A stretch of 64,000 nt of DNA, from NCBI RefSeq assembly GCF_030684315.1, contig NC_081380.1, positions 34,808,705-34,872,704 on the forward strand. The letters are read 5' to 3'. Numbering within the stretch: position 1 is the stretch's first letter; each line of letters starts with the position of its first letter. Both the position numbers and the translations under genes were made by a program. Positions 1-12,783 of the stretch are shown here, piece by piece. This DNA is from Stegostoma tigrinum (lineage: Eukaryota). The notes beneath the pieces are model-generated. The model had not been told where the DNA came from, ran no database searches, and saw only the letters and a program-made list of their open reading frames with translations.

Positions 1-1117
1 GGTGAGCTACTGGCTTGGATTGAGGATTGGCTGTCTGACAGAAGGCAGAGAGTTGGGATAAAAGGCTCTTCTTCGAAATGGCAACCGGTGATGAGTGGTG
101 TCCCGCAGGGTTCAGTGTTGGGGCTGCAGCTGTTCACCTTATACATTGATGATCTGGATGAAGGGACTGGGGGCATTCTGGCAAAGCTTGCCGATGATAC
201 AAAGATAGGTGGACAGGCAGGTAGTGCTGAAGAGGTGGGGAAGCTGCAGAAAGATTTAGACAGTTTAGAAGAGTGGTCCAGGAAATGGCTGATGAAATTC
301 CATGTGAGTAAATGTGAGGTTTTGCACTTTGGAAAAAAGAATACAGGCATGGACTATTTTCTGAATGATGAGAAAATTTGCAAAGCAGAAGTACAAAGGG
401 ATCTGGGAGTGTCGATCCAGGATTCTCTAAAGGTTAACTTGCAGGTAGAGTCCATAATTAAGAAAGCGAATGTAATGTTGTTGTTTATCTCAAAATGGTT
501 GGAATATAAAAGCAGTGATGTGCTTCTGAGGCTTTATAAAGCTCTAGTTAGGCCCCATTTAGAATACTGTGTCCAATTTTGTGCCCCACACCTCAGGAAC
601 GACATACTAGCCCTGGAGCGTGTCCAGCGGAGATTCACACGGATGATCCCTGGAATGGTAGGTTTAACGTATGATGAACGGCTAAGGATCCTGGGATTGT
701 ACTCATTAGAGTTTAGAAGGTTGAGGGGAGATCTAATAGAAACTTACAAGATAATGAATGATTTAGAAGGGGTGGACGCTAGGAAGTTGTTTCCGTTAGG
801 CGGGGAGACTAGAACCCATGGGCACAGCCTTAAAATTAGAGAGGGTAAATTTAAAACTGAAATGAGACGACATTTCTTCAGCCAGAGAGTGGTGGGCTTG
901 TGGAATTCATTGCCACGGACTGCAGTGGAGGCCGGGACATTGGATGCCTTCAAGGCAGAGAACGACAAATTCTTGATCTTGGAAGGAATCAAGCGCTACG
1001 GGGACAGTGCAGGGAAGTGGAGTTGAAATGCCCATCAGCCATAATTTAAATGGCAGAGTGGACTTGATGGGCCAAATGGCCTTACTTCCACTCCTATGTC
1101 TTCTGGTCTTATGGTAT
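1..1117 (+). mobile_element. CR1-clade LINE, 3' end of ORF2 (reverse transcriptase C-terminal half) plus 3' UTR, in a VPS53 intron
   Basis: Frame 1 is open from base 1 to the stop at 1026, with GVPQGSVLG, (F/L)ADDTK, LYKALVRPHLEYC, LERVQRRFTRMI and FFSQRVVGLWNSLP motifs. Typical CR1 3' tail ...cctatgtcttctggtcttatggt. 5' part lies outside the window. Confidence 0.93.
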
Positions 1118-1413
1118 TATAGATGTTTCGTCTGAATTCCTAGAGACATGGTTCTCCACTCAATGCAATCAACAAACACCGAATTGGACTCCATGTACAA
1201 ACCTATACAAAGCAAAACCGGCAACGACACTACTCGCCATAACAGACCAGACGGTATAAATTCCAAGCAGAGTAGAATAACATTGCTTCGTCTGAGGCTC
1301 CACTGATGATGTGACCTAGCACGGTGACAGAACGTCTGAACAAGAACAAGCCAGCTCGGCGAGCAAGTCAACAAGCTCATCCACGTCCCGAGCCACAGAT
1401 CTTTGCCAAAACT
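1118..1413 (+). mobile_element. Penelope-like element 3' fragment (GIY-YIG C-terminus remnant plus degenerate hammerhead motif at ~1303-1336)
   Basis: Decayed EFLETWFS..AINKH.ELDSMYKPI peptide, followed by ctgatga-t-gtgacc-tagcac-ggtgac-agaacgtc. Confidence 0.6.
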
Positions 1414-2029
1414 TTAAAAAATAACCCAATGTTTGTTTCTTCGAGAATTTTGCTGTAGAAGCATACAGACCAAGACAGGTACATGGAGTTAAGATACAGA
1501 TTAACCATGAAACTGAAAGGTATAAAACTAAAGGTGACTGGCCTACTCCTGTTTCTATAGCTTGGAGATTAAAATTGCTAATATTTGTAATTGGCTGACC
1601 TATTGATCCCAGAAATTTGAAAGCTATTAGAACTTCCTGGATTTGCCTATGGACACCAACACTTCACTTTAAAACTGTTGCTCCAGGGCTGAATTAAAAC
1701 AAGCTGGCCCAATCAAATGTGGCTTTATCTTATCGGCAAGCTGTCTTAGCTATGTTAAGCTGGGGGTGGGGGTATGAGGATGTTCTTGTGTTGTGAACCT
1801 AGGTGCAGGTTTGCCAAACAGTCCGCTGCAGTTGGAACAAGGCCTGAGGAATATCAAGTAAATCTCTGCAGAGAAAATGTGCCACAGTTCACCTGACCAT
1901 GAAATAAACAGTGGACCCATTTAATATGTTACAAATTGAGGTGGCCACGGCTGTACAGGATAGTACAATTTCTGGATGTACAATGAAATAGCACTAAATA
2001 AGTATAACACACCCATTCTCAGGATCCAC

Positions 2030-2275
2030 AGTCGGTCATTTTCAGTCTGATTTGAGGAGAAATTTCTTCACCTAAAGTGTGGCGAACCTTTAAACTTCTC
2101 TACAGAAGGCAGTGCACACTAAATCACCGAACATACTTAAGAAATGATTTCTAGAAGCCAATGGTGTCAAGGGGTATGGGACAATATGGCATTGAGATAG
2201 ACGATCAACGCATACACATGCAGAATGGCAGAGCAGGCATGATGGTCCAAATAGCCCAGTCCTATGTTCTTTGAT
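2030..2275 (+). mobile_element. CR1 LINE 3' fragment
   Basis: Decayed gaggagaaatttcttcacc...cctatgttct 3' end. Confidence 0.65.
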
Positions 2276-3243
2276 TCTGAAATGTTGTAAATAAGATATA
2301 TTTATACTGTAAAGTGTTGAAAGTTGTTTGAATCTGATAGAAAATGCTGAGGATACAAAACTAGCCTGTGACTGTGAGAAGAGGAGATTTGTACTTTTCT
2401 TTCTGTTCAGATGCAGATGAAGTGAACCCTTGTTTTATTTCCAGTATTCTAACTTAGTAATTACCTGGCCAGTGTCCTACAATGGCACTGTGTTACTCAG
2501 GCCTGTCTAGGTGACACTGTGCATCTTCTGCCCCAAGAGTCTGAAAAGTTTTTCAAATGTCATGGATTTATGTTGTGTTACATCAAAACAGGATACGGGT
2601 CAGGCTCAATGGCACGTTGCTCTCATTGTTAATTTTTAATCATCCCAGTAAGAAAATCACTATTACAAAGCTCTGTACTTCCATAATTTTAGGCAAAATC
2701 AGTATTGTCCCATGGCAGCGTATCCCAGAACAGTGGAGAAGCTACCATCCACTCACTATCTTTTCCTTCAGACGAAAGCAAGGACACCAACAATAGTGAA
2801 AGGGAGGAAAAGGTAGTAAGCTGGTTGTTTGAAGATGGCCGTAAAGAACATGATGTGCCTCAGGGAATTGAGGGAATAGGTTGAATTGGTACATCATATG
2901 CTCCTGCTGACACCTTTATCCAGCTTGTGGGTATTTAAAATGAACAGTACGTGGGCCACAATTCTTTGTTTGACCCAAGCTAGATTACTTCTGCATTGAT
3001 TTCATTTTTGTTCATGGGATCTTGTTGGCTGCAAAATTATTTGCATTTTAATTTTGATGAGACAAAATATAAATCACGTTATGTTAATGGCATAAATGAA
3101 ACATTGTATTTGAAGGCTTTGTGAGATGTGATTATGGTCTTTTGTAAACAAAGGTATTTTTGGCAAATCAGTGATCAAAATGATGAATAGCCAAACGTTC
3201 CTAAAACATGTCTTAACTATTTACTTTTTCTCAAACTTTATAG

Positions 3244-3348
3244 GTGGTAATGGCACCTCATGAAGCCTCTGTGGTGTTTGTAGATAATTACATCAAACTC
3301 CTGGCTGATTGTAGCACAGACACATTCCAGAAAGTTCTTGACATGAAG
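3244..3348 (+). CDS. VPS53: VPS53 (GARP/EARP complex subunit), penultimate coding exon
   Basis: tag|GTG...AAG|gtgagg; 105 nt, phase 0/0. Translates [35 protein letters not shown], matching the vertebrate VPS53 C-terminal region as I recall it. Confidence 0.95.
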
Positions 3349-3739
3349 GTGAGGTCTTAAAAACATCTTAACTTCCATTATTAATTCCTCAGATTCAATT
3401 TTTATAGGACCAGCACTTGTTTACTATCCTTTCAAAAATGTGTAATTATTGCTTTTTTAAATATCCCTAGTTAGCTTTCTTTTGTATTCTAATTTTACCC
3501 TCCTTATTTATCTTTTGGGTCATTCCTTGCCTTTTTTTAAAATTCTACCCAATTTTCTGATTTGCCATCCTTCTTTGTATGTTTATATACCCTTAAATAT
3601 TTTCCACTGCATTTCAATTGACCTAATTGAAGGATGGAGAAGACATCTGCAGGAAATTGATACAGCATTGTCAAGTAGTTATAATGGGGGACTACAATTA
3701 CCCATAGATCTTGGCGTGCTGGGAACAGCTTTGAGGAGG

Positions 3740-3980
3740 ACAATACACAAGTCCAAAACGACATAGACAAGTTACTGGAGTTGGCAAATGGGTGGCAGAC
3801 GAGAAGCTCAATGCAAAGGAAGTGTGAGATTATGTATTTCGGTAAGAAGGACATTGAAAAAATATAAATTAAGGAGTACAAGTCTAAAGGGATACAGGAA
3901 TAGAGGGATCTAGGTATGTTTGAGCACAGATCATTGAAGGTGGAAGGACAGGTGGAGAAAATAGTTAATAAAACAAAGAG
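3740..3980 (+). mobile_element. CR1 LINE ORF2 internal fragment
   Basis: Decayed DIDKLLELANGWQ..N..KCEIMYFG and RDLG motifs. Confidence 0.65.
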
Positions 3981-4149
3981 CCTCTGATTTTGTATTTTTC
4001 ATTAAATTGTTCTTCATTTTAATTTTACACAATTTTTACAACCTCTAGCCTTTTCTGTTGATTTACTGTTAGACTTGTACTCCCCTTCTCTTAGTGGTAT
4101 AATCTGTTTATCATTTCCCACAGTAATACATTCTCTCTTGCCTTGTTTC

Positions 4150-4835
4150 TACTCTGCTTTACCACACCTTTTTAAATTTGATTGCTTATCCCCTTCATTT
4201 AGTTTTAAAGCTCTATCTACTTCAGTAGTTATGCTAGAATGCTAGTCCCAGTGTTCAAATGTTGACTGTCTCAACAGTACAGTCCTGCTTTCCCTAGTAC
4301 TAATAGCAGTGGCTCTGAACTAGAACTCACTTACACCGCACCTGTCTTTCAGACAGAGATTTAAGATTTGTTGATGTTCTGTTTAAATCAGTGCCTAGAC
4401 CTTTTACGAACTATGGACAACCTCCTTCCTTGTCCTGCCAATGCCATTGATAACTACACGGTCCACAACAACTAGATCCTCTTCCTCCCCCCATTCTTCT
4501 TCAGTGCTGGGTAGATATCCTGAACCCTGGCACCAGGCAGGCAGTAGAGCCTTCTAATCTTGTGCTCTTTGCTGACAATATTATAATTTCCCGTCACTAG
4601 GGTCTCCATACGCAACATTCTCTTTTTGCTCCCTCTACTTGAATAGCTGCCTGCGCCATGGCCTATTAGCTCATCCACTTCGCAGCTCCCACTCTCATTC
4701 AAACAAGCAGAAAGAACCTCAAATCTGTGACGATTGATAAGGCTAGACTCTTCCCCTCCTGCCCACTTACCGGTCTCCCCCACTCTCACCCATATCCTCC
4801 TTTCCCTGGCCAGTGACCAGATCTGCGACATTCCG
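4150..4835 (-). mobile_element. CR1 LINE ORF1 (esterase-like) fragment
   Basis: ORF 4472-4831 contains RFEVL and YCLPGARVQDI, characteristic of the CR1 ORF1 SGNH-esterase region. Confidence 0.65.
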
Positions 4836-4869
4836 CCTGTTGCAGCATCTTTATTGCCTCCTTATGTTT

Positions 4870-5895
4870 ATTGGTATAAAATTGAGTGAGTGGTTATCAA
4901 ACAGAGTATGATCAATGGATAATTTTAAGGTTTGAGGAAAGCTAGTAGTGGAGATCCTCAGGAGTTGATATTGGGGCCCTTGCTTTTCCTAACGTGTGTT
5001 AATGATCTAGATTTGGTGTGCAAGGGGACAATTTCACAATTTGTAGATGACCGCTTGGAAGAATTGTAAACTGTGAGGACAGTGTAGAAGTCCAAAAGGA
5101 CATTGACAAGTTTGTGGAATGGGTGGATGGGTGGCAGATGAGGTTCAACTCTGAAGCATGAGGTAATGCATTTTGATGGAAAAACATTGAAAGGTGATAT
5201 AACACAGGAGGTAAAGCCTAAAGTGGGCCCTGGAGCAGAGCGAGCCATGTGTACATATGCATAGACTATTGAAGGTAGCAGAACAGGTACAGAGAAATAG
5301 AGTCATAGAGTACAAGAGCAGGGAAGTGATGTTGAACTTGTATAAGACACTTGTTAGACCTGAGCTATTGTACACAGTTCTGGGCACCGCCCTATAGGAA
5401 GAATGTGAATGAATTACAGAGAGCGCAGAAACAATTGACAAGCATGATTCCAAGGATGAGGAATTTTGGTTATGAGGAGAAATTCGGACTGATATCTTTG
5501 GAAAGAAGAAGAATAAGAAGACATCTGAGATAATTTGAAAGTCATGGGCAAGGTGGATAGAGTGGAAAAGAAAAACTTGTTTCCGCTGCATAAAGGAACA
5601 AAAACAAGAGGCCATAGATTTAAAGTGACTTGCAGAAGGAACAAATAAGGTATGACAGAAATCCTTTTCTCACAGTGAGTAGTTAGGGTATGGAATGCAT
5701 TGCCTGGAACTGTGGTAGATGCAGCATCAGTTGAAGCATTTAAGGTGGCATCGGACAGTTTTATTTGGATAGAATAATATACAAAGATTTGGGGGAAAAT
5801 GCAGAGATTTAGGACCAAGTGACAGTGCTTATTTGAAGAGCCAGTACAAACTTAGTTGGCTGAATAGCCACCTCATGCGTGGTAATACTTTGTGA
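4870..5895 (+). mobile_element. CR1 LINE 3' ~1 kb, frameshifted
   Basis: Decayed RT motifs (PQ.LILGP, FVDD, YCTQFWAP, VRVWNALP) and 3' tail. Confidence 0.8.
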
Positions 5896-7193
5896 TATTT
5901 AATAATTAACCATAATTAATTAAATTAATGACTCTCCTTACTACCACTCTCTGCACTAACTAAAAACTTAGAATCCAATGTACCCTCCCACTTCAGAAAG
6001 ATATTTGATAAATGTGCACATTAAATTGAAACTTCAGTAATGTGTTGTCCAAGGTAGCATTGAGCAGGAACATGGTCTTAGAATCAATGGCTTGTAATGT
6101 TGAGACAAACAGGAAAAACGTGTTTTAAATTTACTGGAGGCCTGTCCACATCAGGAAGAATGAAACTGTTTGCTTAGTGGTGGGACATTTTATCTGACAT
6201 GGCTCATCCAAATTTACCTTTCTGTCTCAAATGCTGTGCAATTGCAGCCTTCTTCTTTAAGTTTAAGTATCATTTCAGAGGTTCCCCAATCAGAGGGTCA
6301 AGTTGAAAGAACCTGGTACAGTGGCTGCCATATTGGTTTTGCAAAAGGGTGAGACTTCAAATCATTTAAGGGCAAGTTGTAAAACTGGTGAAGAAGCCGT
6401 CAAAAGGCACAAGATAACCCTGAAATTGCTGATAAGCTGTGCTGTGCAAATAGCATGTCACTGCAAGTACAATTGTAGATAGTTGAGAATGCATGATGAA
6501 TAAAAACATGCAGAGGGTCAGTCACAGGAACCAAGATGATTGACAATCATAATGCAGTTATGCTTTCCCCAGCTTCTCAGAAGTTGGCCGCCTCTCAATG
6601 TTGCTCTTCACCTTTGTCCTTGCCAGCATGCCCATGATTGTTAATTGAAGTGGAAAACCACTGGCGAGAATTTGCATTGTATGATTTAATAGTAGTTAAT
6701 GGCACACTGCCCTCTAATTACATCTCCTCAAGTATGCCATACTCCAATAAAAACAATTATATTTGAAATCATAAAATCATGAGTGACTGAAAATTAAACT
6801 CAGCTCTTAATTAGTGAAGTGTATCAAAGAGTACATCTTGTGGCTGAGGTACTATGAGGTGATTGCAGAGGTGCAGTCATTGAGACTGAGATAACTAACC
6901 ACCTTAAATAAGGTGTGAAATAATTACATAGAAGATACAGCACAGAAACTGTACATTCAGCCCAATAGGTCTGCCACTGTTTATGCTCCACATTGTCTCC
7001 TCCCTCCATTCTTTGTCAGCACAATCAATTATTTCATTCCACTTTATCTGCCTCCAGCTTGTTCTGATACTTCGGTACTATTCCTATCAGCTTCTAAATG
7101 TTTTTTTGTCAGAACAAATCTAAGTGTAATTAAATAGTCTACTTGTAAATCTGCTTGTTATTTTGCTACAGTTCCCTGTTTTTGGTGTTGCAG

Positions 7194-7364
7194 GGTCTGA
7201 AGCGCAGCGAACAAAGCAGCATGCTGGAACTATTCCGACAGAGGCTACCCACTCCTCCTTCAGGTGGAGAGAACAATTTAACAACGTCGCTATCTGCTCC
7301 GTCCCCCGAACAAGAATCTTCCAGGATCCGTAAACTGGAAAAACTCATAAAGAAGAGGCTGTAA
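7194..7364 (+). CDS. VPS53: VPS53 final coding exon
   Basis: ttgcag|GGT; [56 protein letters not shown], the recognisable VPS53 C-terminus, in phase with the previous exon. Confidence 0.96.
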   Translation, partial: GLKRSEQSSMLELFRQRLPTPPSGGENNLTTSLSAPSPEQESSRIRKLEKLIKKRL

Positions 7365-10300
7365 ATGAAGCTCAAAAGCTGCACAGATCAGGCATTGTGA
7401 GATAACTGCTGTTTCTGGTTGGGAAACTGACATAGGACCTTTTCCCTTCTCCTTGTGTCTCATCCTCGTTACCTTGCACCTCCCCAGCCCAGCCCCCATG
7501 CACCAACTCCTCTTTCCTATTTGTCCTGATCTGTGTCGCAGGGGCAGCAACCATCCTGTTTGTCAAGTTTCTGTTCCTGGAGATGTGAATTCGCCATTGC
7601 AGTTAGGGTAATCTCTCCAGCTGAGGAAATCTCCAACTGACCAGAATAGAGACTATCACCAACTGCTCATTGTCCATCTTATGTTCAATTGTTCTGCGTT
7701 TGAGTCAAAATTTTGAGTAGCCTGAGCAGTTTCATGTTCTGACATTGCACAAGAGGTTCAAAATTCACACAAATGTACATAAAATTACAATTGGTGAGTT
7801 TTACTGTTGCTGGTATTTTGCACAGAGGATAGCTTTGTGCTCCTAATGGGCTGAATGCAGTTACGGAGCTGCAGTGAACCAAGAGTTTGATGCAGTGGAC
7901 CCCCTCAGTAGTTGACTGGAACTATAAAGACAGTGCCCACAGCTCTTCATGAATTAACACAGTCTGTTCTATCAGAATTGCAAAGGCCCCTGCATTCTGA
8001 ATACATGCTTGACCAACTGGAAATTGTGTACATATACTGATCACTGAGGTTCTGAAACCCAAATTGTTTAACTGACCGATGCAATTTCATTTTTTTCCAA
8101 AGGAAAGACTACATTCAACATGTTTGGTGTTTAGGTTCCGTAACATCCTAGAGTGTATTTTCTGAAATGCAGTCCAGAAATTTCCAGGCTGCTACCAGGA
8201 CTCTTGAGTACAGTAACCATTTAAGGGCCAGAATGCAAACTGCCTCCAATGCCATTACTGTCTGTAGTCCAGAAATCCAAAATGGACCACTTATTATAAC
8301 TGTAGTGTAATTACATATATTTTTAACTCCAAAAAGGCAATATTAGGTGCTTACAAAATCCTCAAGCTCTTTAAATGAACTAAAAAGAATTAGGGCAGAA
8401 CAGTAATTCAAGTAGCTGAATGTTTGATTCGCAAGTGGAGAATCAAGAGTTTGTATGCTAACTTAGTCTCTGAATTTAATGTTGAAGTTGATGTCAGTAT
8501 TTGCTTATACAGAAACTAAAATCTCTTACAGAAGGGCATGTGAGAGGACAGTTCAAATGATCTAATTCACAAATAATGCTTATCTAGATGATGCATAAAA
8601 GGACGAAGGGACACTAGAGTGGGAACACTTTTATTTCACTCTGTCTTGGGTTTGATCTTGAGTAATGCTCACATTGAAAGACCTCAGCAACTAGAAGAGT
8701 TGCAAGTGATATAAATTTGTAAGTCTCCAACCAGTTCCAAATAAATAAGTGCCCATAACATAAACTGTCCCACAGCATTAAGCAATAGAAAAATTGTAAT
8801 TCTCATCAGTCTAGTATTGAAGTAGGTCTGAAACTTGCTGTTGGGAGAGAATAGTGAGAACTGTATCTTGTCTAAAATCCATACTCAGTCTGATTTGAGA
8901 AAAACTGTTGTTGATGCTGATGCTGGTTTCAAAATAGTGGATATTTTAAATTTCCTGAGCAGTTCATTCCAATACTTTGAGAGCAGAAGCTGTTAAATAT
9001 ACCATACCCCTACCACCATAACACACATACTTACAAGCAGGACTTTCTGTTATGGGGGGGAAGAAAGGCTGTTTTTGAAATTGCAAGGTTGCATTTTCTA
9101 GCATTTCTGTAAATAAAAAAAAATTCTCCTGTATTCCTCATGGAATGTATAATGCAGTACTGTTGTCAGAACAATTTTACTTGTATTGACATGTATAGGC
9201 TACAATTATTTCAAGTAACTTTATTCAAATTATCTGAGTTCAATGTGTTTGCACTACATTCTAACACTCCACTTGAATTATCTAGTGCACAAAATGGATT
9301 TGAATTTTTAAATAGACTGTAATCCCCTTGGAACTGCTCAGTGTTAAACTTGAACAGTCATTGTCAATTCATGCAATAGATGTTAAAGATATGGGGAATG
9401 ATAATTTTTTTTAAATTGCCATTGCACATTATTTTAAACCTGGAAAAAAATTACCAGTAACTTCTCTCTCCGTTGCACTCTATCACATACCTAATGGGGT
9501 CAACATTGTTTCAAATTTATATGCTACTTTATTCTTTCTCTGTCTTGTGAAGGCACTAATGCTGGTTAGGTACAGTTTCAGAAACATATACAGCCCGTCA
9601 GTACCTCATTCAGGTGTACTGTTGCAAATAGTGAATGTTTGTAGGTTGCTGTACCTTAGGGACCAGTACAGTCCAGCACCTCCCTATCATAATTTTTTTT
9701 TTGTCTTTCGTCTTTCATCTTACATCCAGGAGACACCTGGGTAGCAATGGGGAATGGAACCTTTGAGATGTCTTATTCCTCTCCTCATCTCTCCCCACCT
9801 CCACTTCTGATCTTGTGCCCAGTTATAGTGGCCCAACTGTGAATCTGTTATGCAGAATGAATTCACCTAAATGGAACCCAAATCAAGAAAGCTAAATACG
9901 ATCAGCATAATTCTTCTGCATCAATTGGGGAAAGTACTTCTGTTAAAAAATTCAGATTTTAATAAAATAATTACCAACACAAGAGACTTGAATTAAGTAA
10001 ATTCAGTGATTCACTTCACAAAGTATGCCTTTGGATGCAGACTTCTGGGATGTCAGTAATGAAAGACTAAGGCAGGTTCTTTTTGCTGAACAGATCTGTC
10101 GAACACCTATTGTATGCAGCTTTCAACCATTTGCCTTTGAGACTTGAGTAAAATATTTTTGTTGCTTTGCACAAGAATAAGAAACACGCCACTTTAAAGA
10201 AGTGCATTAAAGCTATGTAGGTGGCCATTTGATATTTGTGAGGAAACCTGACACCATCCACTATAACATTGTGCAAGGCATTGCTGACCAGTACCTGGAA

Positions 10301-12075
10301 ACGCTATGGGATTGCAGGCTATAACCTAAGCTTTGTTTTCACAGCCGGGTCCAAAGCAAAAACATTGGAATTGAGGGAGATATCCACAACCCAAAAGAAG
10401 GCAAAAACCGTGGTAAATCAATGTTTAGAGAGAGCAGTCTTGATACTTGGCTACATTATTATTGTCTTTTACACTGGCTGTGATTGGAGAAACAATGCCC
10501 GTTTTGTTTTGTGTCCCAGTGTGAATGAAAGGACTTACAAACAACAGTTTATTCAGGAATGCCTTTTCTTAATTTTCCTTGGTTTGTGTAGCACTAGGTT
10601 TATTTAAATCTGGGTTCTTCCGCTGGACTTTACATATTTGATTTCAGGATGTAAATTTTCTGTTACTTAATGCTGGTTTATGTCCAGTTTCACGGTTTCT
10701 AACATGGGTATGAAAGTCAGAAATGCAGAACAGTTTAAACTTTGTATGATGCTGTATTGAGCCTGGGATGTATTTCTGGGAGATAACTGCACTGTTGGAA
10801 CTGTTTGCATACTATTTCATCGCGTAGGCCAGTAAAGGTATATTTATCTCATTTTGTCAGTGTTTATTTGTGTTGGTGTGATATTTAGGGTTGTTAATTA
10901 ACTGATTATAATTCATTTTAATTTTAATACAAACAACCTGAAATATAAATAATTGATTTAATGAATTTAATCGACTAAAGCAGCCAATAGGGGGAGAAAA
11001 GGAGTGATTGTACAGTGTTGATTTTTGTCCAGAGCCTGTTGTTGAGAATACTGCCACAAAACACTATCACCTTGAACTTATACCATGTGACACTTGCATG
11101 CAAAGTATTTTATCCAACTGCATTGTGTTTCTTGTTATTTCAATAGTAGGGTCTTATCTGTTCGCTTTAATTGTTAAAGCTTTGTAAGATTGCATGCAAA
11201 TGAATGTCATATGAAGGTCCCTTTCAACTATGGCGTAATGTTATTTTAAGGCTGTTGATCTTTGGTCTATAAATTCGTTGTTGCAGGCCCTTAAGCAAGT
11301 AAACTTTGGGGGATGATTATAATTAATTCCACATGACTGAAACTACATTGAATTATTGGCATTACCCAAATTGTGTTTTGGTTAACTCGTGATTCTAAAA
11401 TAGTGAATGGTTACAGTAGATTGTCCAGCTTGATGACTTTACATAACTTTTACTTTAGAGTTCGGGTTTGTAACTTGATGTAATCTGAATATGCCTGATT
11501 GCTGATACATCGTACAAGCATTCCATGTCAAAAAGGACATATGCCTGATTCTGTATTGACTGGTTGTTGAACTCAACCAAGTCAGCATTTGGGTACAAAT
11601 GTCCAACCATGTAACAGAAAAATCAACCAGAGTGCACACTCCTGATGGCTAGGTACAACCCGCACTGAGAGCTGTGCTTCTGTGTGTGCATGAGAGAATG
11701 TCCAACTCGGGACTGCATCATCTCTGATCAAGATGTTCTGATACTCGCAGCCTAGGCCACTTGGGTGAGGTATCAGAGAGCTGCTGTCACCTATTAAGCT
11801 GTACCACAGCAAAAGTGTGCACCTCCACAAGAAAAGCTTTTTTTTTAAAAAGTTGCAACTTTTATGAAAGGTTTGAATTTATATACAGAAGTTGGGAATA
11901 ACAAATCGGAAAAGATATGATGTATTTATTTTGATTTAATGGATTGTTATTTAATTGTTATTCAGGATAAATGTAAAAAAGAGACTAAAACTTGTGTAAT
12001 ACTGTCTTGTAAATGGACCGCATCTTAGTCAATCTGTTAAATACATTTTAAATAAAAAGACATGGCTATAATATC
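7365..12075 (+). other. VPS53: Probable long VPS53 3' UTR with candidate poly(A) signals at 9112, 9961 and 12051
   Basis: AT-rich and nearly TE-free stretch after the stop, with AATAAA hexamers. Repeats resume after ~12.4 kb. The end point is inferred. Confidence 0.45.
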
Positions 12076-12429
12076 ATAATTCTGTCAACATTTACATTAA
12101 AATAATGAAAATACAGCCAAATCTCCTATTTCACATGAAGTGCCTGTCTAGTGACTATTTAGCTAAATTATCTTTTTTTCTTTGCAAGGTGAAATTCCAG
12201 TTGCTAGTCTGAATTATGGCTGAACACCACTGCTAGTGAGTTCGAACATGAGTTACTGCTAGTTGTTAAATCCGAATCTGCAAAGAAGGAACGGGCACTG
12301 TGAATGTGATGCGAAACACAAAGGCCCATTTCACATAAATATGTGGGTGAGTATATTGAAGGGTTATGGAGAGCAGGCAGGGTTATGAATAGCATCAAAG
12401 ACTAAAGACACCATACTGACAGTAAACAG

Positions 12430-12783
12430 GACTAATATGCTATACAGAATCCCGTGGACAAATGAGGAGGAAATTGATGACCAGGATACATGAACACCAG
12501 CTGGCAATAAAAAGACACGACCAATATTTTGCTTGTCTCAAATATACTCAGACAATGAAGGCCATTAGTTCAACTGGGACAAACGAACAACAGACGTGCA
12601 AGGGTATTTCTGGAGGCCTGGTTCTCAACATGGGACTCCATTAACAAACTCACAGAAATAGACCCTGTAATACAGTCTGCTGCTGAAAAACAGAACTGGA
12701 AGTGACACGACCCGTCACACCAGAGGATCATGTAAATTCGGAATGGAGCAGAACACCAATGCTTCGATTAGAGGTCACACTGG
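12430..12783 (+). mobile_element. Decayed Penelope-like element GIY-YIG endonuclease fragment
   Basis: GQ.RRKLMTRIHEHQLAIKRHD and FLEAWFS remnants; 3' part resembles the 1118-1413 element. Confidence 0.65.

Noticed and set aside
6490-6560. Intronic C/D-box snoRNA (atgatga)
   Set aside because: No matching D box with terminal stem at a plausible distance.
7155-7193. N-terminal extension of the 7155-7364 ORF
   Set aside because: It is the intronic polypyrimidine tract; the VPS53 exon starts after the AG at 7193.
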